Positions 45,402-55,392 of a stretch of DNA of 64,000 nt are shown one piece after another. The translations under genes were made by a program, and so were the position numbers. This DNA comes from Candidatus Woesebacteria bacterium RIFCSPLOWO2_01_FULL_39_61 (GTDB lineage Bacteria > Patescibacteriota > Microgenomatia > UBA8517), in contig MGHI01000040.1 in assembly GCA_001793155.1 (NCBI GenBank), positions 3,209-67,208 of the forward strand, written 5' to 3'. Position 1 is the stretch's first letter; the number at the start of each line of letters is the position of its first letter. The notes beneath the pieces are model-generated. The model did no database searches and was not told where the DNA came from. It saw only the letters and a list, made by a program, of their open reading frames with translations.

Positions 45402-47186
45402 TTAAATCTTTTCAACATTAAAAAGCGAGCTTTTTAATCCTACATATCCAGGAGCCCGAAGGTTGAAGGCTTTTTTAAATTCGTCACCTGCCACACTTAC
45501 ACTTCCCTTATTGGTAGAAAAAGTTACTGTCTGAGTTGATCCCGAATTTGAATACACAACGGATACACCGGTTACACTTGAATATCCGCCGATTGCCGCC
45601 AAATCAGATATCGAATAAGGATTTCCTTTCCAGCAATTTGTATCAACAGGAGAAATCCGGGAGGCATCCCCTCCTCCTTTATACAGAATTTGCCAGGCGT
45701 TAAGAATATCCGCCATTTCCGCTCCGGTAAGCCAGGGGTTACTCCTTCCGCAGGTAGATCCTCCCCGCGTTTTGTACCAAGCTTTATAGAACCAGGGAGA
45801 AGAGGCAGTCTTTTCATAAGCCTGACTAGGCCAATTCCCGCCGTCAGCATCCTTTATCCCGTTCCAACCCCACTGGGTAATGGTAAATCCACCGCTGGTT
45901 GAAGCATAATAAGTTGTTGCGGGGGTACCGCCGCGGGTAATTACCCAACCCCGGGTCGCCCGAACAGCCTCCGCCCACTTTCCGCTTTTTAGCTGAGGCT
46001 TATAAACCTGGCAGGACTCCGTCGGACAAATAGTCCCGGCACCATTATTTGTAACAGCCAAGGCGTATGACCTGGCAGAAACTGCCTGAGCTTTGAGTGC
46101 CTCCATGCCTCCGTTATCACCCCAACTCTCCGGCACCTCGTAAATTCCCAATAGATAATTCTCTTCGAAAGGTATACGTCCGTAACCCGTCACTCCGATC
46201 GTTGCCGGAACGGAATATCCTTTTGTAAGCTCCGCTCCCTGAAAATAAGCGGCTAAAATTGTTTCTGCGGATTGGCCCTTTTTGCTTCTTCCGTAAGCAC
46301 CATACTGACTTAGACCAGTCCGGTGCGGTGCTCCGAACGAAAATGCCGCATATGCCGGCCGAAAACCCGGGTCGCAGAAATTCGAAGATCCGGGAGGACC
46401 GGAACATGGTTCTAGGGTTGGCGGTGTGTCTCCAACCGAGGTTTGAAATCCTCCGGCCTTGAGTGCCAAAAGCTCCTCCTGTTTAGCGGATAAACTTGCC
46501 AAGTAATCTTCGGTTTTCGCCACCTCGCCAGCCAAAAAGGTGGCTCGCTCGTTGACTTTTTGCTTAAGAGCCGAGAGGTTGCTTTTATTCTTTTCGAGGT
46601 TTTCTTTATCTCCCTTAAGTTTAACTAAGTCCTGCCCGTATTTTTCCATTGTTAAAATATCCTCATTGGCAGCCTTTTTTCGGAACGCCAATTCTCGAAA
46701 GGCATCGGTTGCGTTTTGACTCGAGAGAAAGGGGGCAATGGGATCGTAAAATCTTATGAAGCGGTAGTGATTATTTGCTTTCTCCTCAAAAATTTCTTGT
46801 GCGTAGGCAAGGTCTTCTTCTCGATTCTCTATGTCGTTCTGGTTAATTGTAAGTTGGGTTGACAAACCATTGATACGTTTCTCGAGGCTGGCTAGCTGGG
46901 TTTTTAAATCTGACAATTCTTTTTTATTGTATTCCTGAGCCGGCTTTAGTGCGTTTATTTCCTGTTCAATTCTGGTAAGACAAAAATCAATATCACCCGG
47001 CCCAGGACTATCACAGTTTGGTTCAGCGGAAATAGTAGTAAGTTGTAAGTAGTAAGTTGTAAGAAGTAAGAGAGTTAACGCTAAGGTGAAACCGAGAGTG
47101 GATCGTATTTTCTTTGAAAATTTATTTATTTGAGAATTTTTTGTAAATTGTAAATTGTAAATTGTAAATTTCAGCATGTTCCCCAT
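45402..47186 (-). CDS. SpoIID/LytB domain protein with N-terminal coiled coil (cell-wall amidase enhancer-like)
   Basis: 594 aa. Signal peptide, ~200-aa coiled-coil region, C-terminal LKAQAVSARSYALAVTNN...YYASTSGG... SpoIID/LytB motifs. The 5' end of the CDS is built from (TTGTAAA)n and AGTAAGTTGTA tandem repeats. Confidence 0.65.
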   Translation of the reverse strand: MGNMLKFTIYNLQFTKNSQINKFSKKIRSTLGFTLALTLLLLTTYYLQLTTISAEPNCDSPGPGDIDFCLTRIEQEINALKPAQEYNKKELSDLKTQLASLEKRINGLSTQLTINQNDIENREEDLAYAQEIFEEKANNHYRFIRFYDPIAPFLSSQNATDAFRELAFRKKAANEDILTMEKYGQDLVKLKGDKENLEKNKSNLSALKQKVNERATFLAGEVAKTEDYLASLSAKQEELLALKAGGFQTSVGDTPPTLEPCSGPPGSSNFCDPGFRPAYAAFSFGAPHRTGLSQYGAYGRSKKGQSAETILAAYFQGAELTKGYSVPATIGVTGYGRIPFEENYLLGIYEVPESWGDNGGMEALKAQAVSARSYALAVTNNGAGTICPTESCQVYKPQLKSGKWAEAVRATRGWVITRGGTPATTYYASTSGGFTITQWGWNGIKDADGGNWPSQAYEKTASSPWFYKAWYKTRGGSTCGRSNPWLTGAEMADILNAWQILYKGGGDASRISPVDTNCWKGNPYSISDLAAIGGYSSVTGVSVVYSNSGSTQTVTFSTNKGSVSVAGDEFKKAFNLRAPGYVGLKSSLFNVEKI

Positions 47187-47272
47187 TATACCAAGCTTGT
47201 GTCGACTAATCTTTCAAACTTTAATTCTTATTTTCAACTCTTTATATATTGTGCTAAACTTTTTAAAAGATA

Positions 47273-47737
47273 ATGAAAGTAAAAATTACAAAGATACTCA
47301 CCAGTATTTTTCTTTTTCTATTCCTACTATTCTCCTTTAACAAAGTTACCTATGCTGGTATTTTACCCGGACCCGAAAGATGTACTCCCTCAGGTGGTGG
47401 ATTTTGGGGGTGGATAACAGAAGCCAATACTGGTATTGATACTGCAATTGGTTGTATACCTCTTGAAATCGGATTCTTCGGATCTTCGGGTGGCGCCCGA
47501 TCTTTTACCGCTTTTATGCTCCGTTGGGCAGCCGGCCTCGGAGGAGGAATTGCTTTTATACTTATAGTCTATGCGGGTTTTATGATTACTACCGCAGCAG
47601 GCAATCCCCAACGTCTGCAGGCGGGAAGAGAACTCTTAACCTCTGCCATATCCGGTCTACTGATGCTTATCTTCTCTGTTTTTATCCTGAGAGTCGTCGG
47701 AATTGATATTTTGGGCTTAGATGCTCTCGGATTGTAA
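47273..47737 (+). CDS. T4SS pilin-like protein (VirB2/TrbC-like, CPR type), paralog 1
   Basis: 154 aa. Signal peptide, Gly-rich region, then ...YAGFMITTAAGNPQRLQAGRELLTSAISGLLMLIFSVFIL (hydrophobic-motif-hydrophobic) as in the following seven paralogs. Confidence 0.45.
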   Translation: MKVKITKILTSIFLFLFLLFSFNKVTYAGILPGPERCTPSGGGFWGWITEANTGIDTAIGCIPLEIGFFGSSGGARSFTAFMLRWAAGLGGGIAFILIVYAGFMITTAAGNPQRLQAGRELLTSAISGLLMLIFSVFILRVVGIDILGLDALGL

Positions 47738-47748
47738 TAGTCATCAAA

Positions 47749-48072
47749 ATGGATATTGAAATTGCAGGACTACCGTTTTCTGATTGGGAAACACAAACTC
47801 TCCCTTTATTAGCCAATCAACCAATAGGGACTGTAATTAATACTTTTATAAGATACCTTTTTCCTATCGCCGGATTAGTCCTTTTGGCTTATTTAATCTT
47901 TGGAGGTTACAAATATCTCACCTCCATGGGTGATCCCAAAAAAATTCAGGAGTCGAGACTAAATATTACCTACGCAATTGTTGGGTTTGCAATTTTGATT
48001 GCGGCATATTGGGTAGTTCTTGTTGCTGCAAGGGTTCTTAATATTCCGGCAATAAATCAAATATTTAGGTAG
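47749..48072 (+). CDS. T4SS pilin-like protein, paralog 2
   Basis: 107 aa. ...LVLLAYLIFGGYKYLTSMGDPKKIQESRLNITYAIVGFAILIAAYWVV... Confidence 0.5.
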   Translation: MDIEIAGLPFSDWETQTLPLLANQPIGTVINTFIRYLFPIAGLVLLAYLIFGGYKYLTSMGDPKKIQESRLNITYAIVGFAILIAAYWVVLVAARVLNIPAINQIFR

Positions 48073-48087
48073 TCACAAGATACTGTT

Positions 48088-48402
48088 ATGCAAAAAATTG
48101 CCATCGATTTTTCAAGCAACTTTTTCGGGGCACCGGGTCATTTTCTTTCCACCCTCACCGGCGTAGGCACCCTTGCCTCAGTACTTCTTGCCAACGCACT
48201 TATTATTGCAGGGGTAGTTTTTATACTGCTTATTATCATTGGCGGAATACAAATGATTAGTGGCGCCGGCAAATCTCCCCAAGAAGTGGCGCGGGGCAAG
48301 GAAATTATTCTCGCCGCTATTCTTGGTTTTATCATAATTTTTGTTTCCTACTGGATAGTAAGAATTATAGAAAGATCATTTGGTGTTAACATTTTGGGTT
48401 AA
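48088..48402 (+). CDS. T4SS pilin-like protein, paralog 3
   Basis: 104 aa. ...IIGGIQMISGAGKSPQEVARGKEIILAAILGFIIIFVSYWIV... Confidence 0.5.
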   Translation: MQKIAIDFSSNFFGAPGHFLSTLTGVGTLASVLLANALIIAGVVFILLIIIGGIQMISGAGKSPQEVARGKEIILAAILGFIIIFVSYWIVRIIERSFGVNILG

Positions 48403-48420
48403 AGATCGTACAATCAATTT

Positions 48421-48750
48421 ATGAATCCCTTTGGAACTATCGCCCCGCCCCCAGGAGTAGCCAGTTTTGGCGGAGGTCTCGGCGGTCTCCCCGCCTTTCT
48501 TAATGTAATATTTAAAACCTTAATTATGATTGCAGGAGTTTATACTCTTCTAAATTTTGTCTTTGCAGGATATACCTTTCTTTCCGGAGCCGGGGATCCC
48601 AAAAAGATTCAGGATTCGTGGGCAAAGATATGGCAATCTATTATTGGACTAACGGTCGCAGCCGGATCTTTCGTGCTGGCGGCGCTTTTAGGACTTTTAC
48701 TTTTCAGGGATTCAAATGCAATACTCCAACTAAGAATCTTTGGACCTTAA
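48421..48750 (+). CDS. T4SS pilin-like protein, paralog 4
   Basis: 109 aa. ...FVFAGYTFLSGAGDPKKIQDSWAKIWQSIIGLTVAAGSFVLA... Confidence 0.5.
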   Translation: MNPFGTIAPPPGVASFGGGLGGLPAFLNVIFKTLIMIAGVYTLLNFVFAGYTFLSGAGDPKKIQDSWAKIWQSIIGLTVAAGSFVLAALLGLLLFRDSNAILQLRIFGP

Positions 48751-48771
48751 CTTTGAAATTTTGCATATAAA

Positions 48772-49143
48772 ATGAACCAGTTATCAATATCTATACCAAT
48801 AGGAAATTTAAGAGGCACAGGGCCGCTGGGTTTTGAGAATGTATCCTCTACACGCTCTGTTGGTTATATTCTAAATCAGGTTATATCCGTTTTGGTTGGG
48901 GCAATGACGTTATTTGCAACAATTTGGTTTTTGATCTTATTAATCACGGCTGCGTACAGCTGGATGAATGCGGGAGGGGATAAAGTGGCACTCGAGAACG
49001 CAAGACAAAAAATGTTACATGCAGTAATAGGCCTGACGATTGTCATCGTGGCAATTTTTGTTGCCGACTTTATCGGCTTTATTCTCGGCGTTCCGGACAT
49101 TTTGAACGTCGAAGGATTCATAACCAGAATACTAAATCCCTAA
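48772..49143 (+). CDS. T4SS pilin-like protein, paralog 5
   Basis: 123 aa. ...LITAAYSWMNAGGDKVALENARQKMLHAVIGLTIVIVAIFVA... Confidence 0.5.
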   Translation: MNQLSISIPIGNLRGTGPLGFENVSSTRSVGYILNQVISVLVGAMTLFATIWFLILLITAAYSWMNAGGDKVALENARQKMLHAVIGLTIVIVAIFVADFIGFILGVPDILNVEGFITRILNP

Positions 49144-49146
49144 GTT

Positions 49147-49521
49147 ATGATAACTTTTATTCCATCGGTTATCTACGCACAAGTATATCAACCGCCGGCA
49201 AGGCGAATTGTAAACCCTTTATTAAATGTAACTCTTCAAATATTAAGTGGGAATATTTTTATTTCACGCTTTCTTCCAGCTCTTTTAACTCTGCTTTTTG
49301 TTATCGGTTGCATTTATTTTCTTTTTATATTTACCCTGGGGGCAATCCAGTGGATCAATTCAGGGGGGGATAAAGTAAAACTTGAACAAGCAAGGGACAG
49401 GGTTACACAGGCGGTTATCGGATTGGGAGTTCTTTTGTCTGTCTATGGTGTTTTAAGTCTTCTGGAGTACTTCTTTGGAACGAATCTCAGGTCCTTTAAC
49501 ACCAACAGTATTAGGATTTAG
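49147..49521 (+). CDS. T4SS pilin-like protein, paralog 6
   Basis: 124 aa. MITFIPSVIYAQ signal. ...GAIQWINSGGDKVKLEQARDRVTQAVIGLGVLLSVYGVL... Confidence 0.5.
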   Translation: MITFIPSVIYAQVYQPPARRIVNPLLNVTLQILSGNIFISRFLPALLTLLFVIGCIYFLFIFTLGAIQWINSGGDKVKLEQARDRVTQAVIGLGVLLSVYGVLSLLEYFFGTNLRSFNTNSIRI

Positions 49522-49596
49522 GCGTCTAATTCAAAGCTAAATTACCTCTTGACAAGTGCCAATCGCTAACTTCATAATGACTATTAAGATAAATAT

Positions 49597-49944
49597 ATGA
49601 CAACTTTTCTGCCATCAACGGTTTTTGCACAGATAAATCTTACGCCTCGAGGACAGTTTACAACATTAAACAGTATAACTATCGGTAATATAATTTCTGC
49701 AATTATTATACTTGTTTTAATTGTTGCAGCTTTAGTCTTTTTCTTCATGCTAGTTTGGGGTGGCATTAAATATATAACATCGGGTGGTGATAAGGCCCAG
49801 ACAGAAGCAGCAAGAAGTCAAATTACAGCAGCTTTAATCGGTTTGGTGATAGTTTTTGCCGCTTGGGCTATTATAAATTTGGTTAACCTATTCTTCGGAA
49901 TAAACATACTTAACTTAAATATACCTAACGCGCAAGCTCCGTAA
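49597..49944 (+). CDS. T4SS pilin-like protein, paralog 7
   Basis: 115 aa. MTTFLPSTVFAQ signal. ...VWGGIKYITSGGDKAQTEAARSQITAALIGLVIVFAAWAIINLV... Confidence 0.5.
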   Translation: MTTFLPSTVFAQINLTPRGQFTTLNSITIGNIISAIIILVLIVAALVFFFMLVWGGIKYITSGGDKAQTEAARSQITAALIGLVIVFAAWAIINLVNLFFGINILNLNIPNAQAP

Positions 49945-49960
49945 AGCTAGGGTTAGGGTA

Positions 49961-49984
49961 AGCCCCGAAAGGGGCTTTTTTTTT
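49961..49984 (+). terminator. Rho-independent terminator
   Basis: AGCCCC-GAAA-GGGGCT followed by T8 (49977-49984), 17 nt after the stop of pilin paralog 7. Confidence 0.8.
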
Positions 49985-50047
49985 GGCAGGAAAAAATGCC
50001 TGGAGAATGTTATTGCCCCATTTCCCATCTTGCGTTACACTTAATTT

Positions 50048-50368
50048 ATGATTCCTTTGAATCCTTGCACTAACCCTGATTATGTAAGAGGTACCGTACC
50101 AACCTTGGCTTATCTCGAATGTCTATTTGGAAGAACAGCCAATATTATCTTGGGTTTGGCAGGAATTGCACTTTTTATTATGTTACTCATCGGTGGTTTT
50201 AGGTATATGACGTCAGGAGGAGATCCCAAAGCGCTTGATTCCGCCCAAAAAACCATTACCTATGCTATTATCGGGCTAGTTCTCACGGCTAGCTCCTATC
50301 TCTTCTTGCGCTTTGTCGGAGCAATAACCGGAGCTGATGTTTTTAATTTTTATATTTTCCGCCCCTAA
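50048..50368 (+). CDS. T4SS pilin-like protein, paralog 8
   Basis: 106 aa. ...LLIGGFRYMTSGGDPKALDSAQKTITYAIIGLVLTASSYLFL... Confidence 0.5.
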   Translation: MIPLNPCTNPDYVRGTVPTLAYLECLFGRTANIILGLAGIALFIMLLIGGFRYMTSGGDPKALDSAQKTITYAIIGLVLTASSYLFLRFVGAITGADVFNFYIFRP

Positions 50369-50371
50369 TCT

Positions 50372-53182
50372 ATGAGGCTGCCTACTACAAAAATAGGATT
50401 ACTTCTAGAAACGCTTCTTTTTTTAATTATTATTATATTTTCAGTTAAGACGGCGAAGGCTCAAATTCCCCCGCCCTACGTTCCTTGTAATCAAGTAAGA
50501 AGTCCGGAGTTTCATTCATTACGTCCTTACCAAGCCAGTCCCTGCAACCAAGAAGCAACCGAGCTTGCTTTATATTGCGACAGTAGCTTTGTTCTACCTG
50601 ATACTTTTGTTATTGACAAAACGTTTTCAAATCCACCCACCAGCTGGGTTTATTCATACCTTGGCAATCCAATATCACCCGTGCGTCCTGAGGACTCTTT
50701 TAATCAACCTGCGTGCAGGTTCTGTGTGGGAAATTTCTGTGCTGTAAGTTTGGGAACAGCCTGTGTTGCCGACCTAAACCAGTGCCAAACTAATACAGAT
50801 TGCTTCAACAGCTGCAGAAACAATCTTGACGGCACCGAGACGTGCACTTTCCTCGTTAACCGAGAAAGAGACGTTGCGATTGATCTGTCCGGGGCAGAAT
50901 TCCCAATAATGGGAAATACCCAGGACGTTATAAATAGCCAAAACCTGTGGGGTAATAGCCTGCCTTTTGACGTCTTTGATGTTTCGGAACCGTTGGATGC
51001 TTACGACCCCACCAAAGTGAACGAGTATGTGAGTTGGTACCTTAACGGAATAATAAACAGGGCTGAATACAAAACTCTTGATCCCGATGACCCCAATGAC
51101 TTTCTTAAAATTACTGACTTCTCCGGACCCATAAGAAAATTACTCTCCTTTGAGAACCAAATTACCCAAAGGGTAAGTCAAATTAATGAAGCTAATGAAG
51201 GCGACGTTCGCCACAATCAGGTCGTGGGCTGTGACAATCTTACCGGTAACCCCACAGAGTGCTATCCACAGAGAGCTGGAGTAAGGGAAAGGAGACTGAG
51301 AGATTGGCTTCCCAACAACCTTCCGCCCTTAAGGGAAGCTTTTGATAACTTCTCAGACTACTGGGGGGCCTATACTGACTGGAGAAATGGAAATCCACGC
51401 TTTATCGGCAACCTCTTCGACTATATTCCCTTTTCTTCAACCGAGGACAGGAAAGGGCTCGACGAGGCAGTTTTTCAGTCTATTCAACCGGCTCAACCTT
51501 ACGTAAGAATTGTCTCGGCCACCCTTACCCAAACTCCGGCTGACTTATTCTTTGCCCACATCGAAGAAACCGCAGGATTGGCTAATATTCTTCAGAAAAC
51601 TTTCGCTTTTCGAGGGGCGGCTTTAGACGGTCCTCCTGCCAATATCGCGCCTCCGGCAAATGCCTACTGCGACCTGGTCGAGGTAAGAAGCAACCCCGGA
51701 GATGATCTTTTTGCCGGGGAAATTCGCGTCCACCTCGAATACGAGGCACAAATTGACTGTAGTTTCCTCATCCCTTATCTCTGGCCGAATCCTGCCGAAG
51801 GAGTGCCTCCCGGAAATGTCTGTGAGAATCTGGCCGGGGGAACATGTCAGTACATTCCAGAAAATTATCAGTGTGATTACGTCTATGGGCCAGTAGATTG
51901 TCCACCAGATCCACTTAACCCTGAAGTTATATACTGTGCCGTCAATTGCCGTCCACTATCAAACACCGCGGCCTGTGCCGATCTCGGCAAACAGTGCTAT
52001 CCAAGCACTTGGGGATCCTGTACTGGTGTCACCGAAAATGTTTTTGTCTGCCCAGCCGGTGTTGACTGTACTGCCGTTATTTGCCAGGCGGGCAGCTTTT
52101 GCGACGGTGACGGTTGTTTGCCGGGATCCTTTTGTGCAAATAATTACTGTCCTCCGGGTTATGATTGTTACGATAATCCCTGCTCGGGGTCAGATGTCTG
52201 CGCCAACGGTTGTGTCCAGCCAATCACTGAGCCAAACCTGACCCAGCAGTGTCCAGTTACTGTCAACGTTAATCTCGGTACAGTTACTCATACCCCGAAA
52301 GCCGACGAGCTTTGGAGCCGATTTGTTTCGGGTCCGGCCGGGATCTTCAGAAGAGTATTCCCTAAGATAGAACCCGGTGCGCCGATTGAAGCCTTGTGGG
52401 ACATTCCGGCTTCGACACCGGTAACATTCACCGCCCCGGGACTGGTGTATGTCGGAATTCCGGGATCAGGACGTACCCAGCCCGAGCTTTACTTCCCCCA
52501 CATAGGAGGAATCCACCAATATTTCTTAAAATGTATTCAAAGAGCTCTAAGGCCGCAGGGATTCGGAGAGCCCTGCATATCGGGCTCCCCCGGCACGAAT
52601 GCGCCGACCGATAGCACCTGTCCCAATGTTCCCGATTCCGCAATACCAGCCAGGTGGATCGGGCCTGCAGGATCAGGAATAAAAGACCATTTTATATGGG
52701 CGGCGGATCTTTGGTGCGGGGGGGTTGGAGAGAATATGGCTGAAGAGTGTTATAACTACGTAGTTCAACAATCATTGGCGGCCGGAGTAAACCCCGCCTT
52801 TTCACTTTCCATCTGGCTTCATGAGTCGGCAGCCAGCAATTATACCTGCAGCGGTGCCGGTGCCCAGGACTTTGGTATAAATGATCCGTCGATTGCCATG
52901 AACCTGGTTCTGCAACTTCAGCGTTTCCTTACTCTACCTTACTCAAGCACATATCTTTACTGTCGTACGCAGGCACAATCCCGCGGCCTTGATCCCATGT
53001 TCGGATTTCTGGATCGTTTCCGTGACGGTAATTGTGATTTTGTTCAAAATGGATCCAATGCCGGGTGGAGTTTTTATCAAAACATGATGAGCTTTGCTTG
53101 GCCTTTAGTTACTGAGCCCATAAGAAATTGTGTAACAGGCTGGTTTGGGATATTGTGGCCTACCGACTTTGCCTGTCCGTAA
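50372..53182 (+). CDS. Large Cys-rich secreted protein with C-terminal lysozyme-like/lytic-transglycosylase-like region (candidate T4SS-associated cell-wall hydrolase or pilus adhesin)
   Basis: 936 aa. Signal peptide (LLLETLLFLIIIIFSVKTAKAQ), about 70 Cys including clustered CxxC-rich stretches (residues ~480-620). The C-terminal ~130 aa (...NPAFSLSIWLHESAASNYTCSGAGAQDFGIN...) resemble the ES...S/GAxG catalytic region of SLT/lysozyme-like domains. Confidence 0.45.
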   Translation: MRLPTTKIGLLLETLLFLIIIIFSVKTAKAQIPPPYVPCNQVRSPEFHSLRPYQASPCNQEATELALYCDSSFVLPDTFVIDKTFSNPPTSWVYSYLGNPISPVRPEDSFNQPACRFCVGNFCAVSLGTACVADLNQCQTNTDCFNSCRNNLDGTETCTFLVNRERDVAIDLSGAEFPIMGNTQDVINSQNLWGNSLPFDVFDVSEPLDAYDPTKVNEYVSWYLNGIINRAEYKTLDPDDPNDFLKITDFSGPIRKLLSFENQITQRVSQINEANEGDVRHNQVVGCDNLTGNPTECYPQRAGVRERRLRDWLPNNLPPLREAFDNFSDYWGAYTDWRNGNPRFIGNLFDYIPFSSTEDRKGLDEAVFQSIQPAQPYVRIVSATLTQTPADLFFAHIEETAGLANILQKTFAFRGAALDGPPANIAPPANAYCDLVEVRSNPGDDLFAGEIRVHLEYEAQIDCSFLIPYLWPNPAEGVPPGNVCENLAGGTCQYIPENYQCDYVYGPVDCPPDPLNPEVIYCAVNCRPLSNTAACADLGKQCYPSTWGSCTGVTENVFVCPAGVDCTAVICQAGSFCDGDGCLPGSFCANNYCPPGYDCYDNPCSGSDVCANGCVQPITEPNLTQQCPVTVNVNLGTVTHTPKADELWSRFVSGPAGIFRRVFPKIEPGAPIEALWDIPASTPVTFTAPGLVYVGIPGSGRTQPELYFPHIGGIHQYFLKCIQRALRPQGFGEPCISGSPGTNAPTDSTCPNVPDSAIPARWIGPAGSGIKDHFIWAADLWCGGVGENMAEECYNYVVQQSLAAGVNPAFSLSIWLHESAASNYTCSGAGAQDFGINDPSIAMNLVLQLQRFLTLPYSSTYLYCRTQAQSRGLDPMFGFLDRFRDGNCDFVQNGSNAGWSFYQNMMSFAWPLVTEPIRNCVTGWFGILWPTDFACP

Positions 53183-53215
53183 ATTAATCAACCGATTTTC
53201 AGTTTTCATTTCACA

Positions 53216-53641
53216 ATGAATAAACCAATAACTAAATTTTCAAATAAAAGAAAATACGACCTGGAAGAAAGAACGGCCAGATTTGCAGAAAATGTTATAG
53301 GTTTGGTAAAACAAATACCTGTCAATCCAGTCAATAAACGGATTATAGAACAACTCGTAGGAAGCGCGGGTTCTCTAGGAGCAAATTATTGCGAAGCGAA
53401 TGAGGCTGAAAGCAAAAAGGATTTCATCCACAAAATAGGAATTTGTAAAAAGGAGACTAAAGAAGCGAAACACTGGCTAAGATTGCTAAAGGTGTCTGAC
53501 CACGAGTATGAATTAGGTGTTGAGCCCTTATCAGAAGAGGCTCAAGAACTACTTCTAATTTTTTCTTCAATTAACCAGTCTGCGAAACGCAAAAGTATTG
53601 AAAATTATTATTTGAAAAATTCGTTGAAAATTGAATCTTGA
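53216..53641 (+). CDS. Four-helix-bundle protein (23S rRNA IVS protein / Avd-like fold family)
   Basis: 141 aa. YDLEERTARFAENVIGLVKQIP...IIEQLVGSAGSLGANYCEANEAESKKDFIHKIGICKKETKEAKHWLRLL matches the family pattern (F...L..Q..RA..SI..NIAEG......KD...FL.IA.GS..E....L.L). Confidence 0.6.
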   Translation: MNKPITKFSNKRKYDLEERTARFAENVIGLVKQIPVNPVNKRIIEQLVGSAGSLGANYCEANEAESKKDFIHKIGICKKETKEAKHWLRLLKVSDHEYELGVEPLSEEAQELLLIFSSINQSAKRKSIENYYLKNSLKIES

Positions 53642-53658
53642 AAATTGAAAATTAAAAT

Positions 53659-55392
53659 GTGCTATTATTTAATTACAAAATGTTTAAGAAACTGCTTTTA
53701 ATTTTTCTTTCTGTAAATATTCTCCTTCTAAGCGGCTTTTCTCCTTTTGTCCGATCGGCCCGCGCACAAGAATCCACTTGGTTCAGGCAAAGTTTTTATG
53801 AGTGGTATACAAAAGTCTATGATACCGACGCAACTCCTGCCGACGAAATTTACGGGGAACGCTACACCGCAGCCCAGGTTGAATGGGTCATATATGGAAT
53901 TTGGGCGTTTTGGGTTAACCAATTTATAGTACCCGATGTTGCCGCTTGCCTTTTTGCAGCCGTTAGTGATCTAGATGACTTGGGCACCTGTTTAATCGAT
54001 AGTCTTACACAACTTTTTGAAGATCTTCTTGACAGAATCACTTACAATCCGAACAACATAAATCCCGCTTTAGCTCTAGACCACTACTCCAAACCTCTTC
54101 CTTCCATGGTCTTTGAGAGCCGTCCTCTTTCTGGAATCACCTATGTAAAAGATAAGTTTAATTTGGTTGGCGAGGTTTATGCACAGCAGGGTTTTGGCTT
54201 TAGCAGACTTGAATTCATACAGCCCTTATGGCAGGCCGCACGCGATATCAGTTTCTTCTTCTTGGTTCTGGCAACAGTTATTATGGCCTTCATGATCATG
54301 TTTAGAGTCAAGCTCTCGCCCCAAACCGTAATCAGCATACAGTCGGCCATACCCAAGGTAGTTATGGGGATTATACTTATCACTTTCTCCTATGCTATTG
54401 CAGGTTTTATGATTGATCTTGTTTACGTAACCATAGGTTTACTTGCGTCCATGTTCGATTTAGCCATACCGGACGTACCTGGAATCGTCCAGTCCGGCAT
54501 CTATTACAGACTAATGACCGAGGGCATCCCTTTTATCGGACTTGGTGCTTTTGGACTCATGATTCTTTATCTGCCCATGTTTTTTATCTCCTTCACCATT
54601 GCCATTGTCGGAAATCTAGGAGTATTAAACCTTTTAGGGATTTTTGCGATAGCGCCCTTGATATCGATGGTTGTTACTCTCATCGTTTTGTTCGTACTTC
54701 TTTTTATAACCATAAAAATTCTTTGGATGTTAATAAAAACAGTTGTTGCAATTTTCTTACTTGTTATTTTCGGACCTGTCTATATCTTGGGCGGGGTAGT
54801 CTTTCCCTCTTTTGGGTTTGGCAGCTGGATTAAACAACTGGCTTCCAACTTGGCTGTCTACCCCGTAGCCGGAGCTATGTTTATCCTATCTTATATGTTT
54901 TTAGTTTGGGGAAGTTTTGTGGTGTTTTTAGATTTGTTTAATATAGATACCTGCGATCCCGGGCTCAACCCCTTGACGCACCTTTTAAATCAAATATTTA
55001 ATGCTTTGGGTTTCAACGCTTGTGTATCAGGGAACGTATGGCAACCACCTCTAACTTTAAATGGCGCCCCGGGTGGCACTGCTACTGGCTTAATTTTCTG
55101 CTTTGTAAGTTTGTCAATTCTATTTTTGATTCCAAAGACAGCGGATATCATTAAGGGTTTGATCTCCGGCCGTCCATATGCCTACGGAACCGCAATCGGC
55201 GAAGCGTTTGGCCCTGCAGCAATGGGTGCCGCGGCGGGTTGGGGATATATATCTGGCGGCCCCGCCGCCAAACTAAGAGCAGTTCAAGAAGGCAGAATTA
55301 CCCTGTCTCCAGAAGTCCAGGAACGTTATAGAAGAATGGATAGGATATACGGCTTAATTAACCAAGTAACTGGCTTCGGAAGAAGAAAGTAG
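53659..55392 (+). CDS. Polytopic membrane protein, candidate VirB6/TrbL-like T4SS channel component
   Basis: 577 aa. Signal/anchor, then about 8 TM helices spread over the protein with Gly-rich loops. Topology resembles TrbL/VirB6 family proteins. No sequence motif was confirmed. Confidence 0.35.
   Translation: MLLFNYKMFKKLLLIFLSVNILLLSGFSPFVRSARAQESTWFRQSFYEWYTKVYDTDATPADEIYGERYTAAQVEWVIYGIWAFWVNQFIVPDVAACLFAAVSDLDDLGTCLIDSLTQLFEDLLDRITYNPNNINPALALDHYSKPLPSMVFESRPLSGITYVKDKFNLVGEVYAQQGFGFSRLEFIQPLWQAARDISFFFLVLATVIMAFMIMFRVKLSPQTVISIQSAIPKVVMGIILITFSYAIAGFMIDLVYVTIGLLASMFDLAIPDVPGIVQSGIYYRLMTEGIPFIGLGAFGLMILYLPMFFISFTIAIVGNLGVLNLLGIFAIAPLISMVVTLIVLFVLLFITIKILWMLIKTVVAIFLLVIFGPVYILGGVVFPSFGFGSWIKQLASNLAVYPVAGAMFILSYMFLVWGSFVVFLDLFNIDTCDPGLNPLTHLLNQIFNALGFNACVSGNVWQPPLTLNGAPGGTATGLIFCFVSLSILFLIPKTADIIKGLISGRPYAYGTAIGEAFGPAAMGAAAGWGYISGGPAAKLRAVQEGRITLSPEVQERYRRMDRIYGLINQVTGFGRRK

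Noticed and set aside
47028-47172. TTGTAAA x4 and AGTAAGTTGTA x2 tandem repeats as a regulatory or contingency locus
   Set aside because: They lie inside the 5' end of the SpoIID/LytB-domain CDS. They encode its N-terminal region and signal peptide in frame. Heptamer repeats are not frame-neutral, but no evidence of variation is available, so this is noted only as low-complexity coding sequence.
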